From: Octopus vulgaris
Taxonomy: Eukaryota
DNA: 64,000 bases
Assembly: GCA_951406725.2 (NCBI GenBank)
Contig: OX597840.1
Location: 35,340,001 to 35,404,000 of the forward strand
Direction of reading: 5' to 3'
Made by a program: the position numbers and the translations under genes. Within the stretch, counting starts at the first letter, position 1. Every line of letters starts with the position of its first letter. The notes under the pieces were generated by a model. It made no database searches. It was not told the DNA's origin and saw nothing but the letters and a program-made list of their open reading frames with translations. Positions 54,947 to 64,000 of the stretch are shown here, piece by piece.

Positions 54947-54979
54947 ATATATATGTACTTGTGTGTGTGTGTGTAAATG

Positions 54980-55014
<35 letters not shown>

Positions 55015-55015
55015 C

Positions 55016-55048
<33 letters not shown>

Positions 55049-55071
55049 GTAGGTATGTATGTATATATATT

Positions 55072-55105
<34 letters not shown>

Positions 55106-55220
55106 TATATATATATGTATATACATATACACCCTCACTACCACCACCACTGTCACCCCCAACCCTGTATTGAGTACAACAACAACAGCAACAAGCAGTC
55201 AGATTAAGTTCATCCTATCT

Positions 55221-55765
55221 CACCACCACCGCCACCACCACCACCACCACCACCACCACCACCACCACCACTACCACAACCACCACAACCACCGCCACCA
55301 CCACCACCACCACCACCACCACCACCACCACTACCACCACTGCCACCACCACCACCACCACCACCACCACCACCACCACCACTACCATCACTGCCACCAC
55401 CGCCATCACCACACCACAACCGCCACCACCACTACCACAACCACCACAACCACCGCCACCACAACCACCACCACCACCACCAACACCACCACCACTACCA
55501 TCACTGCCACCACCGCCATCACCACCACCACCACAACCGCCACAACCACCGCCACCACCACCACCACCACCACCACCACCACCACCACCACCACCACCAC
55601 CACCACCACCACTACCATCACTGCCACCACCACCACCACCACCACCACCACCACCACTACCATCACTGCCACCACCGCCATCACCACCACCACCACAACC
55701 GCCACAACCACCGCCACCACCACCACCACCACCAACACCACCACCACTGCCGCAGCCACCACCAC
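55221..55765. repeat. (CCA)n tract
   Basis: Direct reading. Confidence 0.95.
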
Positions 55766-56206
55766 AGTAGATATCCCCCCCCCCCCCCATTTACTAAATC
55801 CCCCGCCACATCCAACAGCAACATGGCAGGATTATCCTCACCACACCCACAAGTGACATCACCACCATCATCATCATCATCATCATCATCACCAGCAGCA
55901 ACAGCATCAGCAGCATCATGACTACCACCACAACCATTTAACAAACCATTACTACAACTGCTGCTGCTGCCGCTGCTGCTGCTACCACACAGCCAGGTCA
56001 CTTTTAAGAGTGCATGAAAATGAAAGCGTAGAGAAATTCAGATAAATGCACACACACACACACACACACACACATGCACGTGCAGGCATATATATATATA
56101 TACACACATATATATATATATATTTATATATAGATAAATGTATTTAGCGTTTGTGTGTTTTGAGGGTGGGTGTGTGGGTATGTGCATGTATCACACACAC
56201 ACACGC

Positions 56207-57285
<1,079 letters not shown>

Positions 57286-57480
57286 GGTAGTGATCTTGTG
57301 TGGTCTATCTCTCTCTCTCTCTCCCTCTCTCTCTCCCCCCACACCCCACACACACACTTACAAACGCATGTACTTATTATTCAAGACAGTTTTATCAAAA
57401 CAGATATATTTAATCTTATCAGTATAAATTGACGTTTTCATTTATCCTTGTCCGATTTTATACATGCATATATATACGTG

Positions 57481-57521
<41 letters not shown>

Positions 57522-57656
57522 GTGTGTATGTATATATGTTGTGTGTGTGTGTATATATAGATATGTATATATGTATATATATATATATATATATATACAT
57601 ATATATATGTATATATGTATATATATATATACATATATATATATACATATATACAT

Positions 57657-57728
<72 letters not shown>

Positions 57729-57739
57729 GTGTGTGTGTG

Positions 57740-57830
<91 letters not shown>

Positions 57831-57833
<3 letters not shown>

Positions 57834-58101
57834 GAGGCACAATGGCCCAGTGGTTAGGGTAGCGGACTCGCGGTCGCAGGATCGCGGTTTCGATTCCCAG
57901 ACCGGGCGTTGTGAGTGTTTATTGACCAAAAACACCTAAAAGCTTGACGCGACTCTGGCAGGGGGTGGTGATCCCTGCTGTACTCTTTCACCACTCTTTC
58001 TTCTGTTGGCCTGCTTGCTTAGCCAACGAGGTGGCATCATTCGAAGGCTAAAACAATGCGAACGCATTGTGACCAGCGATGTGTAACAACATCTGATGGT
58101 C

Positions 58102-58102
<1 letters not shown>
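57831..58102 (+). mobile_element. SINE D, tail type 3
   Basis: Family D head and body, then an unrelated 3' segment (GGCCTGCTTGCTTAGCC...CATCTGATGGTC). Confidence 0.85.
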
Positions 58103-58146
<44 letters not shown>

Positions 58147-58370
58147 CATGCATCTATTCAAATACACACACACACACACACATGTATGTATGAATATTTA
58201 AGATAAGTTTATCTTTTCAGTTCAGAAGTTGCTACTTTTGTCCTTTGACTGATGACTCTAAAGTAACATTTAATAGGAATCCAGTCTCCAGTATTTGAGA
58301 CACCAGCCATCATTGTCATCATCGTCATCATCATCACCACCACCACCACCACCACCACCATCACCACTAC

Positions 58371-58715
58371 TAAAGCCTTGTGAGTGGATTTGGTAGACAG
58401 AAACTGAAAAACCCGTCGTATATATATATATATGATTTTTTTTGATTTTTTTGATTTTTCCAGTTTCAGCTCATGAGATGTGGCCATGCTGGGGCACCGC
58501 CATTTAATATATGTGTGTATGTGTCTGTCCCCCCAACATCGTTTGACAACCGATGCTGGTGTGTTTACGTCCCTGTAACTTAGCAGTTCGGCAAAAGAGA
58601 CTGATCGAATAAGTACTAGGCTTACAAAGAATAAGTCCTGGGGCGTCGACTAAAGGTGGTGCTCCAGCATGGCCACAGTCAAATGACTGAAACAAGTAAA
58701 AGAGTAAAAGAAAAA
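58371..58715 (+). mobile_element. 5'-truncated SINE A
   Basis: Family A core and tail. Confidence 0.8.
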
Positions 58716-58964
58716 AAAAGAGTATTATCTCCAAAATTTATTGGAACAAATCCAATGTATCTTAATTAGAAAAATGGTAACAAAAATGTTTAAATTGATC
58801 TAAATTGAAACATTCCATCAAGATTTGATGTTAATTTATATTCCAAATTCCTGCTTAATAAAGACAGAAATTTTACTAAATTCTTCTTTATTTTCAAAAT
58901 TAATTGAAGCAATTCCAATTACTGTTGTTTCAATCAGTGCTGGATTAACCCATTAAGCAAATTA

Positions 58965-59130
58965 AGGCCTTGAGGAAAGAAGTAAGGAGGCACCACATGT
59001 CCTTCATTGCTGACAACCCCGAAGACCATGACAGTTGCAGGAAATTTTGTATGCATAACACTTGGAACTTCAGAACGGTCTGCACATAACCATCTGTCTT
59101 TTCTTCTGTTGACTTTTTGATCTTGACCTT
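58965..59130 (-). pseudogene. maT/DD37D-like transposase internal fragment
   Basis: DQKVNRRKDRWLCADRSEVPSVMHTKFPATVMVFGVVSNEGHVVPPYFFPQGL. Confidence 0.78.
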
Positions 59131-59311
59131 TCCTCATCATATAAGACATCGAGGGAAGGAGGGGGCACCACAGAAGTGAAAATGGTTTACACCACAAATG
59201 AAATCACTTTAAACTTGCTACAATAATATTCGTAATGCCTCATCTCTACTGAGAATAGAAGCAGAAGTTTTACGTAAAATCAATTTTAACAAAATCATCA
59301 AACATCATCAT

Positions 59312-59720
59312 AGGCACAGGAGTGGCTGTGTGGTAAGTAGCTTGCTTACCAACCACAGGGTTCCGGGTTCAGTCCCACTGTGTGGCACCTTGGGCAAGTG
59401 TCTTCTGCTATAGCCTCAGGCCGACCAAAGCTTTGTGAGTGGATTTGGTAGACGGAAACTGAAAAAAGCCCATCGTATATATGTATATATACATGTATGT
59501 GTGTGTATGTGTTTGTGTGTCTGTGTTTGTCTCCTTAGCATTGCTTGACAACCGATGCTGGTGTGTTTACGTCCCCGTAATTTAGCAGTTCGGCAAAAGA
59601 ACCCGATAGAATAAGTACTAGGCTTACAAAGAATAAGTCCCGGGGGTTGATTTGCTCAACTAAAGGTGGTGCTCCAGCATGGCCACAGTCAAATGACTGA
59701 AACAAGTAAAAGAGTAAAGA
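59312..59720 (+). mobile_element. SINE A nested in the hAT element
   Basis: Family A head, core and tail. Confidence 0.9.
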
Positions 59721-59971
59721 GTTTAACACTTTGCAATTAAATTTTAAAAATGGAGAAAACTTTTCAAATCTAAATAAAGTGGAATTATACAAAAATCAAC
59801 ATTATTTTCCATCTCACTGTTAATTTTGTTTCATTCTGAAAAATAAAAATTAATTTTATGGTTAATTACTGTTTACATTTAAAATTATTTTTGTTTACAT
59901 TTTGAACAATTTACATATACTTGAGGCCACCAAAACCTTTTAAGTGCTTAGGGCCTCTGTGGGTCTTAATC

Positions 59972-60300
59972 ACAACATCATAAGCGGAAAGTGTAACCTC
60001 TCGAAACAGCTGTTCTTCACTCCTGCTCCAGAGCGTCGGCTGCGGTGTCACTCCAAAAAGCTCTATTTGCGACGATTTCATCTCAATCGAAGAAGAGGGG
60101 CTTTCTCCGTCCGGGTTGCAGATCCGTGGAACAAGCTGCCGGACGAGATGGTGAGGATGCCGATGATCGCTCAGTTCAAAGTCTCCCTTGACCACAAGTG
60201 GCCTGAACTCTTTACATGAACACCCTCCCTGTACATAACTCCATGCCCCCCTACATGGCCTTGCTTTTTGCTTTTTGAGCCAAAAAATTAACTAACTAAC
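59972..60300 (+). mobile_element. CR1-group LINE 3' end (second family) with (TAAC)n tail
   Basis: RLRCHSKKLYLRRFHLNRRRGAFSVRVADPWNKLPDEMV..QFKVSLD; TAATC duplicated at both junctions. Confidence 0.87.
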
Positions 60301-60703
60301 TAATCTGGCCCTGGTTTCAATTAATGTATTTCAGTATAAAGACAGGGAAAGGGTTAACTTGATCAAAATTAAAATCTTGCCCCAAAATTTCATGTTATGT
60401 TCCAAAAGACCGGCTTAATAACAGCAAAGTTGTTTTATACAAATTCTTTATTATTTTCCCAATAACTGAACCAAAGGCAGTGTATTTCAACCGAAATACG
60501 GTAATGAAAGCGTTAGACCAAACATTAGTGACATCAATGGCATCAGTCTTGAAGTTCTTGTGAAAGCCATGGGTTCTGTCCCAACCTCCAGATCAAGAAA
60601 ATATAAAAAATACACAAATAGCCCCCCCCCCCCCGGCGCTTGTTATCAGAATGTTTGGTTCATGGTCTGTTCAGTTGATGCTGAAAGCTGCAACAACAAT
60701 ATC

Positions 60704-60784
60704 CTCCTCCTCCTCCTCATCATCATCATCATCATCACCATCACCATCATCACCATCATCATCATCATCATCGTCATCATCGTT

Positions 60785-60824
<40 letters not shown>

Positions 60825-60882
60825 CCACCATCGTCGTCGTCGTCGTCGTCATCATCATCATCATCATCATCACCATCATCAC

Positions 60883-60940
<58 letters not shown>

Positions 60941-60952
60941 GTCATCATCGTT

Positions 60953-61010
<58 letters not shown>
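60704..61010. repeat. (CAT)n tract
   Basis: Direct reading. Confidence 0.96.
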
Positions 61011-61160
61011 ACAGTTGCAGTATTGTTACCATTCTTGTTGGCGTCACCATTTTCGTCATCATTTTTTTATGTCCATTTTATTTTTTCCTTTTCTGATGCA
61101 GAGTAACCCATCAAATTACTGTAAAATTGGTTTTACTATAACTGGACTTAAAAGCAAACA

Positions 61161-61195
<35 letters not shown>

Positions 61196-61228
61196 GCGAG
61201 AATGAAGCAACAAGAATGGATAGGTTTT

Positions 61229-61313
61229 TAGTACAATCGTTTCATACAAGGACAGGTTTTATTAAAAGTTGCAAAAATTACAGCATATAAACGTGTCCCG
61301 TACTCATCAGCTA
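61229..61313 (-). ncRNA. Type I hammerhead ribozyme candidate with long stem II loop
   Basis: TAG-CTGATGA-GTACGGGACA..loop..TGTCCTTGTAT-GAAA-CGATT-GTA-CTA; related to 35037-35122. Confidence 0.75.
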
Positions 61314-61430
61314 TATATACTATATATATATATATATATATATAATAGAAATATTAAAATTACTAAGTCTCTAAAAGAGAACAACGGCAGCGTTCCCGGA
61401 AAATAATAGTTATCGCCATACTAATATGGC

Positions 61431-61711
61431 ATTCTTATAAAAATAGAAAAAAGCTGTCCGCTTATTAGCCCATGAGGCCATCGCCTTAAGTTAGCTATTT
61501 GATACACAAACTGTATCCATATAACCTTTGAACAAGGGAGGTCAGTCGCTCCACACTACTTGACTGTAACTGCCGGTCAAGTAGTGTGGAGCGACTGACC
61601 TCCCTTGTTCGAAGGTTATATGGATACAGTTTGTGTATCAAATAGCTAACTTAAGGCGATGGCCTCATGGAGCTAATAAGCGGACAGCTTTTTTCTTATT
61701 TTTATAAGAAT
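61431..61711. repeat. Near-perfect fold-back: ~135-bp arms, 11-nt loop
   Basis: 61431-61564 is the reverse complement of 61576-61711 apart from ~3 differences. Confidence 0.95.
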
Positions 61712-61722
61712 ATATATATAAC

Positions 61723-61759
<37 letters not shown>

Positions 61760-61762
<3 letters not shown>

Positions 61763-62132
61763 GGTGACATACCTGTTTTGGGGGTCATTGCTACATTTTT
61801 TGCTAACTCTATAATCTTTGTTTCAGAAAATAATAATGGCAGACCTTCAGCTTACTCAAGAAATGAAGAGGCATGCAGTTATTGTGGTTATAAGGGCTGA
61901 GCAAAGTGATTTAGAAATATCTCGATTCTTAAGAGTTGCCAGTTCTTTCATCTACAAAGTTTGTAAGGAGTTAGAGACTGAAGATTTAAATGTATCACCA
62001 GTATCAAAGCATAAAAAGCATTCTAAACGTTCTGAAATCATCAGAACACCTGAATTTATTATCCAGCAAGTTCAACAGACCATTGATTACAATTGCAGAA
62101 AGTCCATAAGGTCAAAAGATCTCTATGTGTAA
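61760..62132 (+). mobile_element. maT/Tc1-like transposon 5' end (TIR start plus transposase N-terminus)
   Basis: TA|CAGGGTG terminus; MKRHAVIVVIRAEQSDLEISRFLRVASSFIYKVCKEL...RTPEFI..VQQTIDYNCRKSIR. Confidence 0.72.
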
Positions 62133-62400
62133 AGAAGGAAGTCAGAAAAGTCACTGGAAAAAGGATATCTGTATTTGCATTGGGACCCCTTTGCATCGAA
62201 GACCGGTGATTGTCATGCGCTGACGACATGTGTATCACGTCAGGTTGATGATGGGAAGGATGGCTTCCCTTTGCAAATACTGATATGGCACAGAAAGTGT
62301 GTCAATAGCCACCTGGAGAAGATGTTCTCCTGGGGCTACAAGCTACAGTAGCATCCGGCCTTAGTGGTCAGCCACATTTATATGGCAAATATACTTCACG

Positions 62401-62435
<35 letters not shown>

Positions 62436-62439
62436 ATGT

Positions 62440-62625
62440 ATACGACAGGCTTCTTTCAGTTTTCATCTACCAAATCCATTCACAAGATTTTGGTCAGCCC
62501 GAGGCTATAGTAGAAGACACTTGCTCAAGCTGTCACACAGTAGGAGTGAACCCAGAACCATGTGGTTTGGAAGCAAGCTTCTTACCACACAGCCACGCCT
62601 GCACCTAAGAATAACTAACGTATAT

Positions 62626-62663
<38 letters not shown>

Positions 62664-62900
62664 GCATGCATGCGTATCATCGTCGTCATCATTTAACGTC
62701 TGTTTTCCATGCTGGCATGAGTTAGACTGTTTGACCAGAGCTGGTAAGCTGGAGAGCTGCACCAGGTTCCAATCACTGATTTGGCTTGGTTTCCACAGCA
62801 GGATGCCCTTTCTAACGCCAACTATCCCATGAGTGTACTGGGTCCCTTTTACATGCTTTTACATGATGCCACACATGCAGTTTTACGTTGCACCACATGG
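62440..62900 (-). mobile_element. SINE A head half (62440-62607) and diverged SINE C (62677-62900)
   Basis: Family motifs. Confidence 0.75.
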
Positions 62901-62906
62901 GTATAT

Positions 62907-63322
62907 TACTCTTTTACTCTTTGACTTGTTTCAGTTATTTGACTGCAGCCATGCTGGAGCACCGCCTTTAGTCGAGCAAATCAACCCCTGGACTTATTCT
63001 TTGTAAGCCTGGTACTTATTCTATCGGTCTCTTTTGCCGAACCGCTAAGTGACGGGGAGGTAAACACACCAGCATCGGTTGTCAAGCAATGCTAGGGGGA
63101 CAAACACAGACACACAAACATATACGCACACACACATATATATATATATACATATATACGATGGGCTTCTTTCAGTTTCCGTCTACCAAATCCACTCACA
63201 AGGCATTGGTCGGCCCGGGGCTATAGCAGAAGACACTTGCCCAAGATGCCACGCAGTGGGACTGAACCCGGAACCATGTGTTTGGTTAGCAAGCTACTTA
63301 CCACACAGCCACTTCTGCGCCT
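62907..63322 (-). mobile_element. SINE A, full length
   Basis: Family A head, core and tail. Confidence 0.9.
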
Positions 63323-63802
63323 ATATTCTTAAACATATTTATATTTTTACAAACCCACGAATAATTTTATGAAATTCCAATTCTGTACCTATTCTCTGAT
63401 GAAGGAAATATGGATTACCGAAGTCCAAGACACTTCGGAAATTCTTACATTTTCCGTATCAGTCATTTGCACACAAAACTCTCATAGGTTACAGAGTTTC
63501 ATAGGACCAGGTACTGGTTCACTTTTTCTGACTTTAAATCTCTTCAGTGTTGCGTTTGTCTTTCATCTTTCTAAAGCTTGATAAAATAAATATCAGTCAT
63601 GAACAGTCATCGATCTACAATCGATCTGTATTCGTTCAGTACTTGGTTATTTCTTCAATTGCAAGAAGTTTTGTGCCTTGACAACAAATTATCCTTTATT
63701 ATCTCCCTTTAATTCCAACAAGGGCGTTTGCATTACCTCCCTTGAACCAATACACGCGTGTGTGTATGTATGTATGTATGTATGCATGTATAAAAACGAT
63801 AA

Positions 63803-64000
63803 ACGTTGCCCTTTTCAAGCCTAGCCAGGCTCATGGTCCCGGTTTCCCGGTTTCTATGGTGTATGTGTTCCCCCCAGCTGGACGGGACACCAGTCCATCG
63901 TATCGTTACTCAAGAAACAGGAAGAGAGAGTGAGAGAAAGTTGGGGTGAAAGAGTACAACAGGGGTCGCCACCACCCCCTGCCGGAGCTTCGTGGAAATT
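63803..64000 (-). mobile_element. SINE D tail type 1, cut by window end
   Basis: Reverse complement of 27560-27760. Confidence 0.87.

Larger units (their letters stand above)
58935..60313. mobile_element. Non-autonomous hAT-type element with 8-bp TSD and nested cargo
   Basis: TIRs CAGTGCTGGATTA / TAATCTGGCCCTG; TSD GTTTCAAT at 58927-58934 and 60314-60321. Confidence 0.85.

Noticed and set aside
63399-63435. Hammerhead-like TCT-CTGATGA-AGGAAAT..ATTACC-GAAG (similar remnants near 44508-44541 and 40000-40030)
   Set aside because: The GAAA box, stem II or stem III is missing; possible relics but too degraded to call

Overview
Repeat-saturated, AT-rich animal genomic DNA. It is most likely an octopus (inferred from recognising the SINE families, not proven). 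No host protein-coding exon can be supported, and almost all listed ORFs are microsatellite or SINE translation artefacts. The window contains: a 36-bp satellite; long microsatellites; four abundant SINE-type families (working labels A-D); 3' ends of CR1-like LINEs; at least six 5'-truncated R4/Dong-like (restriction-like endonuclease) retroposons ending in (TAA)n; decayed mariner, maT, hAT and Helitron elements; and a Penelope-like GIY-YIG relic. Three observations stand out. (1) About eight minimal hammerhead-ribozyme motifs from several unrelated short elements, mostly in (TA)n tracts, including a natural G3-C8 compensatory core variant. (2) A TSD-bounded, non-coding insertion (50694-51512) with an intact hammerhead and circularly permuted, inverted copies, resembling a ~340-nt retrozyme or Penelope pLTR. 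(3) A covarying 3'-UTR hairpin shared by divergent TAA-associated R4/Dong-like families. Coordinates were read by eye, and element boundaries may be off by a few bases.
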